A DNA stretch of 64,000 nucleotides from NCBI GenBank assembly GCA_964202905.1, contig CAXNJO010000002.1, forward strand, positions 704,001-768,000, given 5' to 3'. The notes below the pieces were generated by a model. That model did not search any database. It was not told the origin of the DNA and was given only the letters and a program-made list of their open reading frames with translations. The DNA is from Polyangiales bacterium. Lineage in GTDB: Bacteria > Myxococcota_A > Polyangia > Polyangiales > JADJQN01. Positions 1 through 10,528 of the stretch are shown here, one piece after another. The translations under genes were made by a program, and so were the position numbers. Each line of letters begins with the position of its first letter. Positions within the stretch are counted from its first letter, which is position 1.

Positions 1-7
1 CCGCGCG

Positions 8-649
8 ATGCTCGCGCGCCACAAGCGGCGCTATTTCGCCGCGACGCTCCGGCTCTTCGGCGCGCAGCTCACCGTGCTGAACGGCCCGCCACCGCCCGCT
101 TCGCGCGCACGGCTCATCATCGCGAACCACCGCTCCGCGCTCGACATCGGCGTGCTGATGGGGCTCTTCGACGCGCAGGCCCTCAGCCGCGGGGACCTCG
201 CCGGCTGGCCCCTCCTTGGACACGGGGCGCGCAAGCTCGGCACGCTCTTCGTGGACCGCGCCGATCAGGCGAGCCGCGCGGGGGCCGTGCGCGTCATGCG
301 ACGCGCGCTGCAGTCGGGGAGCTCGATCATCGTCTTCGCCGAGGGCACGACGTTCGCCGGAGACGAGGTGCGCCCCTTCCATCCCGGCGCATTCCTCGCG
401 GCGCGCGGCCTCGACGTCGAGGTGCTCCCCGTCGGGCTCGCATACGAGTCGGGCGCCGAGTTCGTCGCACCGACCTTCCGCGCGCACCTCGCCGACGTCG
501 CCGCGCGCCCGCGCAGCCGCGTCGTCGCGAGCCTCGGCGCGCCCGTCGCGATCCCCCGCGACCCGCGCATCGCTGCCGAGGTCCTGCGCGAGGCCGTCGG
601 CGCGCGGGTGCGCGAATCCCGCGCCGTGCTCGACCTCCACGCGCGCTGA
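8..649 (+). CDS. 1-acyl-sn-glycerol-3-phosphate acyltransferase (PlsC/LPLAT family), probably 5'-truncated by the window edge
   Basis: NHRSALD (NHxxxxD) and FAEGT motifs, FVDR block. Confidence 0.85.
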   Translation: MLARHKRRYFAATLRLFGAQLTVLNGPPPPASRARLIIANHRSALDIGVLMGLFDAQALSRGDLAGWPLLGHGARKLGTLFVDRADQASRAGAVRVMRRALQSGSSIIVFAEGTTFAGDEVRPFHPGAFLAARGLDVEVLPVGLAYESGAEFVAPTFRAHLADVAARPRSRVVASLGAPVAIPRDPRIAAEVLREAVGARVRESRAVLDLHAR

Positions 650-661
650 ATCGCGATTCAG

Positions 662-2996
662 TCAGGTCGAGCCCCAGCGCCACTGCTGAATCTCCGGCAG
701 ATCCTCGCCGTGCTCGCGGATGTACGCGGTGTGCGCGGCGCGCTTCGCCTGCATCGCCGCGTCGATCGCGTCGCGACGCGGGGCGAGACGTGGGACGTGC
801 GCGAAGACGTCCATCACGAGGCGGAAGCGATCGACGTCGTTGAGCACGCACATGTCGAAGGGCGTCGTCGTCGTGCCCTCCTCTCGGTAGCCACGCACGT
901 GGAGTTGCCCGTGCGCGTCGTGGCGATGCGCGAGGCGGTGGATGAGCGATGGATAGCCGTGGAAGGCGAAGACCACCGGCGTGTCGGTGCCGAAGAGCAC
1001 GTCGAACGCCGCCTCATCGAGCCCGTGCGGGTGCTCGCTCCGCGGCGTGAGGCGCATCAGGTCGACGACGTTCACGAAGCGCACGCGCACGTCGGGCGCG
1101 AGCGTGCGCAGCAGGTCCGCGGCGGCGAGCGCCTCGACCGTGGGCACGTCGCCGCAGCTCGCGAGCACCACGTCCGGGTCACGCCCACCGTCGGTGCTCG
1201 CCCAGTCCCAGACACCGAGCCCGCGCGCGCAATGCGCGACCGCCTCGTCCATCGCGAGCCACTGGTGCTCGGGCTGCTTGCCCGCGACGATCACGTTCAC
1301 GTAGTGCCGCGAGCGCAGGCAGTGATCGGTGACGGAAAGCAGCGTGTTCGCGTCAGGCGGCAGGTAGATGCGCACGACCTCCGCGCGCTTGTTCGCGACG
1401 TGATCGAGGAAGCCCGGGTCCTGGTGGCTGAAGCCGTTGTGGTCCTGCCGCCAGACGTGCGAGGTGAGCAGGTAGTTGAGCGACGCGAGCGGCGCGCGCC
1501 ACGGGATCGCGCGCGTGGTCTTCAGCCACTTCGCGTGCTGGTTGAACATCGAATCGACGAGGTGGATGAAGGCCTCGTAGCTCGAGAAGAAGCCGTGGCG
1601 GCCCGTGAGCAGGTAGCCCTCGAGCCAACCCTGACACTGGTGCTCGCTCAGCATCTCGAGCACGCGGCCATCGGGGGCGAGGCCCTCAGCCGTCGCGACG
1701 GGCGCCTCCGTGTACATGCGCGACGTCGCCTCGAAGACGGCATCCCAGCGGTTCGAGGCCGTCTCATCGGGGCTGAAAACCCTGAAATTGTCGGGGTTCG
1801 CGCGGATCACGTCGCGGATGAGCCTGCCCTGCGCGCGCGTCGCCTCGGCTTTCACCATCCCAGGAGATGGCACCTCGACGGCGTACGCACGAAAGTCGGG
1901 CACCACGAGCTCGCGCAGCAGCACGCCGCCGTTCGCGTGCGGGTTGGCGCTGAGCCGCCGATCGCCCGCGGGTGCGAAGTCGCGCAGGGCCGCGACGGGC
2001 GCGCCGTCCGCGTCGAACAGCGCCTCGGGCCCGTAGCTGCGCAGCCACGCCTCGAGCGCCTCGAGGTGCCCGGGCGCGTCCATGTCGCTCAGGGGCACCT
2101 GGTGCGCGCGCGCGGTGCCCTCCACCAGCTTCCCGTCGACGAGGCGCGGCCCCGTCCAGCCCTTGGGGCTCCGCAGTACGATCATCGGCCACACGGGGCG
2201 CTGCGAGACCCCGTCGCGGCGGGCCGCGCGCTGGATCGCGGCGATGCGCGTGACGCAGCGGTCGAGCGTCTCGGCCATGCACGCGTGCATCGCGCGCGGC
2301 TCGTCGCCCTCCACGAAGTGCGGCTCGTAGCCGTAGCCGCGCAACAGCTGCTCGAGCTCGGCGCGCGGGATGCGCGCGAGCACGGTGGGCCCCGCGATCT
2401 TGTAGCCGTTGAGGTGCAGGATCGGCAGGACGGCGCCGTCGCGCGCGGCGTTCAGGAACTTGTTCGAGTGCCAGCTCGTCGCGAGCGGCCCCGTCTCAGC
2501 CTCCCCGTCGCCGATCACGCACGCGACGAGGAGGCCCGGGTTGTCGAAGGCCGCGCCGAACGCGTGCGAGAGCGCGTAACCGAGCTCGCCGCCCTCGTGG
2601 AACGAGCCGGGGATCTCAGGCGCGACGTGGCTCGGGATGCCGCCCGGGAAGGAGAACTGCTTGAACAGGCGCTGCATCCCGCGCGCGCCACGCGAGACCT
2701 CGGGGTAACGCTCCGAGTACGTGCCCTCGAGCCACGCGAGCGCCACCGCCGCGGGCCCGCCGTGCCCCGGTCCCGCGACGTAGACACAGTCGAGATCGTG
2801 CGCGCGGATCGCGCGCGAGAGGTGCGCAAAGACGAAAGTTGAGGCCCGGCGTGGTGCCCCAGTGCCCGAGGAGCCGCGGCTTGAGGTGCTCGGGGCGGAG
2901 CGGCGCGCGGAGCAGGGGGTTGTCGCGCAGGTAGATCTGCCCGACCGAGAGGTAGTTCGCGGCGCGCCACCAGGCGTCGAGGGTCTCGAGGGTCAT
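662..2996 (-). CDS. xfp: Phosphoketolase (Xfp/Xpk family), with a +1 frameshift near 2835-2837
   Basis: The N-terminus [15 protein letters not shown]...[13 protein letters not shown] (ORF 2616-2996) joins [24 protein letters not shown] and [14 protein letters not shown] (ORF 662-2746) if one T is removed from a TTT run. Confidence 0.92.
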
Positions 2997-3379
2997 TGGC
3001 CGCGCATGTAAGCACGACGCGGATCGACGCGAGCGCGACGCCCGAGCGCGTGCAGGACGCGCCCGTCATCGCGCCGAGCGACCCGGTGCGCGTCGATGCG
3101 GGTCCGGTGTCGCCGGGATTGTGCTGCGGAAGCCTCTCCGTTACCGTCGCAGGGTCAGAGTCGGCGGCGGCGCATCGGAACGCGGGGAACCACGTCTCCA
3201 TGGCCGGTGCCTCGTGCGTCGGATGTGCAATGTGTGGTTCGAGCGTCCGGCCTGGGGAGCCTTCGAGCACCATGCGGTCCGCACGTGACGCGACCCGGCC
3301 GCCCCCACCGCGGCCCCCTCGAGGGTCGGTCGGCGCGGGTCTCGAGGCCCGGGAACGAACATCCCTTTTCGGAGACACC

Positions 3380-5451
3380 ATGAACCGAGCCTCGCTTCGC
3401 CTCGCCTGGATCGCCCTTCTCGCCCTCATGTTGGCCGGCCCGGGCGCCAGCCTGACGGCGGGCAAAGCGCGGGCCCAGATCCCCGGCACGATGACCGTGC
3501 AGGGCATCCTGCGCGACGACGCGGGCACGCCCGTCGAGGGCACCGTGCCCTTCGCGATGGAGCTCCGCACCGCGACGCGCTCGCTGTGGACGGAGGCGCA
3601 GAGCACGACCCTGCAGGCGGGCCTCTTCACGCTCACGCTCGGCGGCACGACGCCGATCGATCCGGCGCTCTTCGATGCCGGTCCGGTGTCGCTCGTCGTC
3701 ACCGTGGACGGCGAGGAGATGGCGCCGATCCCGCTCTCCGCCGTGCCCTACGCCTTCCGCGCAGCAAGCGCCGACACCGCGGAGAACTACGCCGGCGACG
3801 TCGACTGGGCGCAGCTCACCGGGGTGCCGACAGGCTTCGCGGACGGCACCGACGACGGCAACACCTACGCGGCGGGCGCAGGCCTCGCCCTCACGGACAA
3901 CACCTTCGCCGTCGACACCGCCACGATCCAGGCCCGCGTCACCGCGACCTGCGCGCCCGGCCAGTCGATCCGCGCGATCGGCGCGGACGGCTCCGTCACC
4001 TGCGAGATCGACGACGCGGGCGCCGCGGGCACCACCTACACCGCGGGCGCAGGCCTCACGCTCGCGGGCAGCACCTTCTCCGTCGACACCGCCGCCGTCC
4101 AGGCCCGCGTCTCCGCCACGTGCGCGCCCGGCCAATCGATCCGCGCGATCGCCGCCGACGGCGCCGTCACCTGCGAGGCCGACGACGACACCACCTACGC
4201 CGCGGGCGCGGGCCTCACGCTCGCGGGCAGCACCTTCTCCGTCGACACCGCCGCCGTCCAGGCGCGCGTCTCCGCCACGTGCGCGCCCGGCCAGTCGATC
4301 CGCGCGATCGCCGCCGACGGCGCCGTCACCTGCGAGGCCGACGACGACACCACCTACACCGCGGGCGCGGGCCTCACGCTCACCGGCAGCGACCTTCGCG
4401 GTCGACACCGCGGCGCGTCCAGGCGCGCGTGACCGGCACGTGCGCGCCCGGCCAGTCGATCCGCGCGATCGCCGCCGACGGCGCCGTCACCTGCGAGGCC
4501 GACGACTCTGGCCTCGACACCACCTGCAACGCGGGCTTGAACCGGGACGGCGTCTGTATGCTGGCGTACGATGCCACCTCGACGACGGACTGGAATACCG
4601 CTGCGTCGACCTGCGCGGGAGTCGGTGGCGATCTGTGCTCGGCGTCCCAGTACCTCGCACTCATGACCGCGAACGACGGCTGGCGACCGAATTTCTTCTA
4701 CGGACGACCGGTGTGGACCCGGAACTTCTCGGACAACGACGCCGGCCGGGTGTGGTGGCAATCGAGCAGCGACGATCCGACCATCAGCCAGAACTACAGC
4801 TACGCGTGCTGTCGCCGCGTGACGCCGACCGACATCCAGGCGCGCGCCACGCTCGTGCCGGCCACGGGTTCGACCCGCGGCGTGCTCATGACGTACATCC
4901 ACAACCGCGAGGACTCGACGTTTCCAACGGCGGCCGGTGTGTGCAACGCGCTCCGAAGCGACCTCTGCAGCACCGCGCAGTATGTCGTGTTGAACGATGC
5001 AGGGCGGTTCAGCGGCTCGATCCGCAAGGCGACGCCAGCGCTCTCCGACAACGACGTGGACTTGTTCGACTCCATCCTCGGCACGAACAATCAGGACAAC
5101 CCTGGTTGGAACGAGTACTACGCGTTCGCGTGCTGCGCGTCACAGCGTCCCGTGGACGGCTCGTGCCCCGCGGAGGGCGTTGTGCTCAACAACGTTTGCA
5201 CGGTCGATCTCCACGAGACCGAAGACGCCTCGTTCTTCGATGCCGCCCGGGGCTGCGGTCGACTCGGCGCGGACGTCTGTTCGAACAGCCAGATGCAGAA
5301 CATCCGCAACGCCGGGCGTTTCGCCGGTCGTCAGTCATGGACGAGCGAGGGCGCCGACAACGACAGCAACCGCGTCGGCGGGATCCTCGGGTCCCAACCC
5401 GACAACCCCAACCCCAGCACCAACCGCTTCGGCTACGCCTGCTGCCTCTGA
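3380..5451 (+). CDS. Secreted fibre/adhesin-like protein: signal peptide, 'QG.L.D..G.P...VPYA' N-domain, four stalk repeats, three C-type-lectin-like C-terminal repeats; two +1 indels near 4390-4416
   Basis: GGAG RBS before ATG 3380 and a signal peptide ending ARA-Q. ORFs 2996-4432 and 3586-5451 join inside the fourth repeat, whose consensus shows the two extra bases. Confidence 0.75.
3863..4506 (+). repeat. Four intragenic tandem repeats (~159 bp, 53 aa: TYxAGAGLTLxGSTFSVDTAAVQARVSATCAPGQSIRAIAADGAVTCEADDD)
   Basis: Units start at 3863, 4034, 4193 and 4352; units 2-3 are nearly identical at DNA level. Confidence 0.95.
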
Positions 5452-5629
5452 GCGAGGCGCGGGATCGACGGCTCGCGGGGGCTCAGCGACCGGTGCAAGG
5501 AGGGCGCCGCACCGCGAGAACGGCCCTTCAGCGTTTCCTCCCCGCGACGAGCGCGGCGTTCGCGCCGCGGGCCGCGGGAACACGTCCGCCCCCAGAGCCT
5601 CGGCGCAGCCCGCGAAACGGGCCGCGTGC

Positions 5630-6172
5630 TCAGGCCCCGATGGGCACCCGCACCACGGCGCCCTCGACCAGGGTGCCGCCGACCGTCACGTAGAGCTGCC
5701 CGCCGCTCACCGAGACGGACCAGCGGTTCATGCGATCGAGCGTCCCCGCGAGCGCGTCGAGGAACGAGGCTTCGAAGCCGTGGAGCGCGATCGCGTCCAT
5801 CCGGTGTACGCCGCGCGCCACGATGTCCCGCGCGAGCTGCTCCGGGCGCTGCCAAGCGTAGATGGCGATGCGCGCGCCGGTCTTGCTCGCCTTGTGGAGG
5901 CGATCCGGCGTCGGCGAGCCGATCTCGATCCACGCCTTCAGGTCACCGCGGAGATCGCGTTCGGTGATCGCGGGCTCTTCCGCGTCCGACAGGCCGCGTG
6001 TGAAGTCGACCCCCTCGCCGTGCTCGAGGCATCGCGCCAGCACGCGCGCCACGAGGTACCGCTCCGTCTCGCTCGGATGCTGCGCGACCCTCAGGTCGAG
6101 CGTCTCGTAGACGCCTCGGTCGGAGTCGGCGAGCTCGATCTCGAAGCGTCGCATCATCGCGGTCACAGCCAT
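5630..6172 (-). CDS. yaeQ: YaeQ family protein
   Basis: LADSDRGVY, AQHPSETERYLVARVLA, FTRGLS..EEPAI, WIEIGSP..DRLHKAS. Confidence 0.88.
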   Translation of the reverse strand: MAVTAMMRRFEIELADSDRGVYETLDLRVAQHPSETERYLVARVLARCLEHGEGVDFTRGLSDAEEPAITERDLRGDLKAWIEIGSPTPDRLHKASKTGARIAIYAWQRPEQLARDIVARGVHRMDAIALHGFEASFLDALAGTLDRMNRWSVSVSGGQLYVTVGGTLVEGAVVRVPIGA

Positions 6173-6291
6173 CGCTCAGCCTGCTTTCGTTGTTCTTGCG
6201 CGCCCGCGACCACGGCGACGCCATGCACCGGCGCACGCCGCAAAACCGTGCGCTGATGGCCGATCGACGTCGCCGTTCGACGACGGCGCCA

Positions 6292-7167
6292 TCAGGTCGA
6301 CGCCGCGTCGGCCGCGCTGCCGAGCGACTCCCCGAGCAACGCGATCGTCGCGTCCGGCGCGTCGACGTGCACCCAGTGCCCCGCGCCCGCGACGACGTGC
6401 GCGCGCACGCGCCCGGGCTGACGCAGCGCCGACGCCGCGAGCCGTGCGCGATCGGCGGCGTCGAGCACCGTCGAGCGCTCGCCGACGATCATCTCGACGC
6501 GCATCCGCCCCGGCGGCGCCTCGACGATCTCCCAGAGATCCTCGAGGAAATAGTCGTCGAGCATCGCGCGCACCGCGGCGACGTCGATGCCGAAGCGGTA
6601 ACCCGCGTCCTCCCCGGGGACACGCTCGAGGTTCATCGCGAGCCACGTCGCGAGTTCACGCGTGAGCCCCCGCGCGAGGAGCGCGCCGACGAAGTCCTCG
6701 CGCTTCGCGAAGACGCCACGCAGCTCCTCGAGCAGCCGCACGATGCGCACGGTCTCCTCGGAGCCGCGCGCCTCGGGGCGGGCGCTCGGCGTGGAGTCGA
6801 CGACGATCAGGCGCGCGAGGTCACCGTGCGCCGCGCGCGCGTAGGCCATGGCGACCTTGCCGCCGTAGCTGTGCCCGATCACCGCGTCGATGCGCAGGTC
6901 GAGCGACGCGACGAGCCGCGCGAGGTCGTCCGCGCACGCCGCGAGCGTGTGGGGGGCCGCGAAGCCGCGCGACTCACCGTGGTTGCGCAGATCGACGAGC
7001 AGCGCGCCCCACTCGGGGTGCTGCGCGACCACGCGGCGCAGCTGCGCGCGCCAGTTCGACTTGGTACCGAGGATGCCGTGGAGTACGAGCGCCCAGCGGC
7101 GCGGGTACGGCACGCCGCGCTCGTAGACGCTGGTGTAGGAGAGCAGAGGCGCGGGGACGTCGGACAC
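6292..7167 (-). CDS. Alpha/beta hydrolase (YbfF/ABHD11-like esterase)
   Basis: LHGILG, DLRNHGES, GHSYGG nucleophile elbow, AGHWVHVDAP; start GTG 7167 is inferred. Confidence 0.85.
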   Translation of the reverse strand: MSDVPAPLLSYTSVYERGVPYPRRWALVLHGILGTKSNWRAQLRRVVAQHPEWGALLVDLRNHGESRGFAAPHTLAACADDLARLVASLDLRIDAVIGHSYGGKVAMAYARAAHGDLARLIVVDSTPSARPEARGSEETVRIVRLLEELRGVFAKREDFVGALLARGLTRELATWLAMNLERVPGEDAGYRFGIDVAAVRAMLDDYFLEDLWEIVEAPPGRMRVEMIVGERSTVLDAADRARLAASALRQPGRVRAHVVAGAGHWVHVDAPDATIALLGESLGSAADAAST

Positions 7168-7329
7168 GGCGCCGACTATGGGATCGCCCGCCCGGAGCGG
7201 CCAGCGGCGCGCCCCAAACGCCGCGGGGCCGGCCACCCCGCGGCGACCGGCCCCACTTCGTGCTGCATCGTCGAACCGCACCTCGCGACGCGCGGGCAGT
7301 CTCCCCGCGGCGCCGCGATGAACGCCCAT

Positions 7330-9216
7330 TCAGCGCGCGACGGTCAGGCGCCAGAAGTTGAGCGTGCCCATGTCCGTACGCGCCTCGTCGACGACCTTGA
7401 GCCGCCAGGTGCCGCGCAGCTCCTGGCCGACGAAGGCCGTGACGTCGAAGGTGCGGCGCACGTCGTCCGCGTCGGCGCCGTCGCCGCGGAGCAGCACGAC
7501 CTCGCTGCCGCCGACCTTCGAGAGCGCGATCGTGAGGTCGCCGCGGTACGGGTGCGTGATGTCGACGGTGACCTGCATCGTGCGGATCGCGCCCGCGTCG
7601 GCGACGACGATCTCGCGGCTCACGCCGGCGGGCGTGTTGTCGGGGATCGGCGCGGCGCTGGTGTTCTCGTACGTACGCGACGTGGGCGCGGGCATCGGCG
7701 TCGCAGTGCCGCGGGCGACTTCGAGCGTCCAGCCGTTGAGACGCCCGGTGTCGGACGCCGCGCCGTCGATCACGACGAGCGCCCAGTTGCCCGCCGCGTC
7801 GAGGCCGTTGAGGGCCGTCACGGTGAAGGATTGCCGCACGTTGTCGTCGCCCGCGCCCTGGCGGTCGAGCAGGACGGCCTCGCGGCCCGAGGGGTGCACC
7901 AGTTTCACGGTCAGGTCGCCGCGGTAGGGGTGCGTGATGTCGACGCTCACGGTGACGCCGCTGATCGCGCCGCCGGGCGACACGGTGAGGGTGCTGCGGA
8001 GGCCCGTGGCGCTGTTGTCGGGGATGGCCGCGCCGGTCGTGTTCGCGTGGCTCGTGGTGCTGCCGCTCGGCGCGCACGCCGGGACGAGCGCGCACTCGGT
8101 GTCGTCGCAATCGCTGCGGCCGTCGCGGTCGTCGTCGGTGGTGTTGTCGCAGATCTCGGCGGGGGGCGTGACCGTCGGGAGGTCGCTGACGTAAGCCGTC
8201 ATGAACTCCTTGACGTAGCGGTACGAGATCCAGCCGTAGCCGTCGCCGCGCGGGTTCTCGACGCCGAAGCTGCCCGTGCCCCAGCTGTTCTTGAAGAGGA
8301 AGAAGCCGCGCTCGACGACGGGGCGGCCCATCGCATCGACGAGCGGCTGACCCATCCCGTTGAGGCGGGGCACCTCGAGATCGTCATCCCAACCGACGAG
8401 GAGGATCGAGTGGCCCGCGGGGCGCATCGCGCTGTCGGCCTTGTCCTCGTCGTTCGGGTAGGGGACGTAGCCCTTGCGCTTGTAGGCGGAGCTGACCGTG
8501 AGGGCCGAGGCGCCGTGGTTCCACGCCTGGTAGAAGAACGAGCCGCCGATGACGACGGCGGTGCGCTTCGTCGACATGTGAGCCTTGAGGCTCGTCGCGC
8601 TCGAGTTGACCCAGCGGCCGCGCGGCAGCGTGTAGCGCTGCGCCGAACGTGCGGCGGCGGGCGGCTCGCCGTTCGTGTAGCAGCGGACGGGCATCATCGT
8701 GCCGGTGCACGCGGCGTCGTTGGCCGTCGTCCACTTCGTCGGCTCGTACGCCCACGCGCCCTCGGCGACGATGCCGAAGCGGTTGATCGCCTCGAGGTTC
8801 TTCTCGGCGCTCGAGCCCTCCGTGTCGAGGAAGGAGCGGACCTCGGACTTCGCCGACCACTGCAGGTACTGCTCGCTGAAGTCGGGGTTCGGGATGGAGC
8901 CCTCGCGGATGTAGAGGTGCTCCATCAGCGCGACGGTCGAGAAGATCGAGCAGACGCCGCGGCTCCGCTGGCTGCGGATGGGCGACTGCGAGGCGACGAG
9001 GTCGAACTGGCGCGGGTAGACCGCGTCGGCCTTGCCCTCCTCGGGGAGCATCTCGTTCGGCGGCGCACCCTCGACGAGGGTGTCGAGCGCGGAGAGCGGC
9101 TCTTCGCCCTCGACGTTGGGCGCGGGCTCGTTGGGGAAGTCTTCCGTGCCGGCGCAGCCCGGGGCGGCGAGGGCGGCGGCGAGGGCGAGCAGCAAGGCGT
9201 GGCGGGTGCGCGTCAT
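7330..9216 (-). CDS. Lipoprotein C1 (papain-like) cysteine peptidase with two proprotein-convertase P-domains
   Basis: Lipobox APGC; QRSRGVCSIF (Gln/Cys), GHSILLVGW (His), FKNSWG (Asn); two VDITHPYRGDL...G.W.L...D....DxGxLN.W.L repeats. Confidence 0.88.
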   Translation of the reverse strand: MTRTRHALLLALAAALAAPGCAGTEDFPNEPAPNVEGEEPLSALDTLVEGAPPNEMLPEEGKADAVYPRQFDLVASQSPIRSQRSRGVCSIFSTVALMEHLYIREGSIPNPDFSEQYLQWSAKSEVRSFLDTEGSSAEKNLEAINRFGIVAEGAWAYEPTKWTTANDAACTGTMMPVRCYTNGEPPAAARSAQRYTLPRGRWVNSSATSLKAHMSTKRTAVVIGGSFFYQAWNHGASALTVSSAYKRKGYVPYPNDEDKADSAMRPAGHSILLVGWDDDLEVPRLNGMGQPLVDAMGRPVVERGFFLFKNSWGTGSFGVENPRGDGYGWISYRYVKEFMTAYVSDLPTVTPPAEICDNTTDDDRDGRSDCDDTECALVPACAPSGSTTSHANTTGAAIPDNSATGLRSTLTVSPGGAISGVTVSVDITHPYRGDLTVKLVHPSGREAVLLDRQGAGDDNVRQSFTVTALNGLDAAGNWALVVIDGAASDTGRLNGWTLEVARGTATPMPAPTSRTYENTSAAPIPDNTPAGVSREIVVADAGAIRTMQVTVDITHPYRGDLTIALSKVGGSEVVLLRGDGADADDVRRTFDVTAFVGQELRGTWRLKVVDEARTDMGTLNFWRLTVAR

Positions 9217-9229
9217 GGGGGGCCGAGTG

Positions 9230-9245
9230 TGCAGTCCATGTGCCA
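9230..9245 (-). promoter_or_regulatory. Putative sigma-54 (-24/-12) promoter for the C1 peptidase
   Basis: Minus strand TGGCACATGGACTGCA (GG-N10-GC), 13 nt upstream of ATG 9216. Confidence 0.5.
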
Positions 9246-9412
9246 GCGCTGGCAACCTCCGGGACGCGCTGATTTCGGGGTCCCGGGCGCTGCGCACGGT
9301 GGCCGGGTGGCCAACGGAGTGACCACCGCACCGGGTCGACGCTGGCGACTTCCGTCGCCAGGCGGGGGGTGGCCGACGCGCCGCGGCGTCGACAGCGCGT
9401 CGCGCGCCTCCG

Positions 9413-10528
9413 TCAGAGTTGCGCGCGGAGCGCCGCGATGCGCTGCCGCAGCGGCACGATGAAGTCGAAGCTCACCGTCGCCGTGCGCGAGCGCCGCGCG
9501 CGCGTCGAGTGCCACTTCGAGAGCGCGAGTCGCGCGATCGCGCGGACGAGTTCGATACCGAGCGGCCCCCAGCGCAGGCGCGCACGCAGCGTCCCGAAGG
9601 CCGAGCCGACGAGCGCGAACTCCTCGCGCGTGACGAAGCCGAGCGCGACCTCGTCGACGAGGTGCTCGCGGATGATCACGCCGCGCCGATGCACGAGCGC
9701 GACGACGATGAGCAGGAACACGAGCACGAAGAGCAGCCACAGCGGCAGCATCACGACGAAGAGCATCACGCCGCTCTCGCCGAGCGAGCCCGCGAGGACC
9801 GCGCTGCCGTTCCACGTCATGTGCAGCGCGACGGCGCCGACGTAGCCGAGCAGCGGCCCGGCCCAGCGGACCCACGGGCGCTCCGTCTCGCGCGCGAAGC
9901 CGAAGCCGATGCCGGTCATCGAGGTGTAGAGCGGGTGTCCCCACGGACCGAGCATGCCGCGGAGGAACAGCGTCCCGGCGAAGACCTCGCTGCTCTCGCT
10001 CGCGGCGCGCGCGTAATAGAGGACGTTCTCGACGGCCGCGAACGCGAGCGCGATGAACGTCGCGTAGATGATGCCGTCGACGAGACCGTCGAACTCACGG
10101 CGCAAGAAGTAGAAGACGCCGAAGAGGCCGAGCCCCTTCCAGGCCTCCTCGACGATCGGCGCGACGAGCACGGTGCCGAAGGCGTCGCCGCCCACGCTGA
10201 CGCAGCTCCCGCACTCGTTGATCGGGATCGAGAACGACGTCGCGCAGACGCCGCCCCACGCGAGACAGCCGACCAGCGCGTACCAGGGCTCCGGGTCGTA
10301 GCGGTCGAGGAGGCGCGGGACGGTCAGGTAGACGACCGCTGCCGGGAGCGCGAAGCCCGCACCGAGGAGCATGGTGAGGTACTGCTCTCCGGGGTCGTCG
10401 CTGAGGAGCGGTGGCAGCAGCACCTCGAAGAGCAGCAACCCCGCGCCGAACGCGAGCGCGACGAGCAGCAACCCGAGCCCGACCTGCCGGCGCGTGCGCT
10501 CCGGATCGGGCAGCGCGATGTGCGTCAT
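9413..10528 (-). CDS. PrsW-family intramembrane protease
   Basis: DRYDPEP, APIVEEAWKG (EExxK), DGIIY, FAAVEN, WGHPLYTSMTGIG, LHMTWN; multiple TM helices. Confidence 0.9.
   Translation of the reverse strand: MTHIALPDPERTRRQVGLGLLLVALAFGAGLLLFEVLLPPLLSDDPGEQYLTMLLGAGFALPAAVVYLTVPRLLDRYDPEPWYALVGCLAWGGVCATSFSIPINECGSCVSVGGDAFGTVLVAPIVEEAWKGLGLFGVFYFLRREFDGLVDGIIYATFIALAFAAVENVLYYARAASESSEVFAGTLFLRGMLGPWGHPLYTSMTGIGFGFARETERPWVRWAGPLLGYVGAVALHMTWNGSAVLAGSLGESGVMLFVVMLPLWLLFVLVFLLIVVALVHRRGVIIREHLVDEVALGFVTREEFALVGSAFGTLRARLRWGPLGIELVRAIARLALSKWHSTRARRSRTATVSFDFIVPLRQRIAALRAQL

Noticed and set aside
4525..5630. Diversity-generating retroelement target (CLec-like end rich in AAC codons)
   Set aside because: No reverse transcriptase or template repeat differing at adenines was seen in the window.
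6190..9462. Long antisense and alternate-frame ORFs (e.g. 710-2842+, 6190-9462+, 12842-15496-, 48382-51183-)
   Set aside because: These are shadow ORFs expected at this GC content. They overlap motif-bearing genes and translate to Arg/Ala-rich sequence without motifs.
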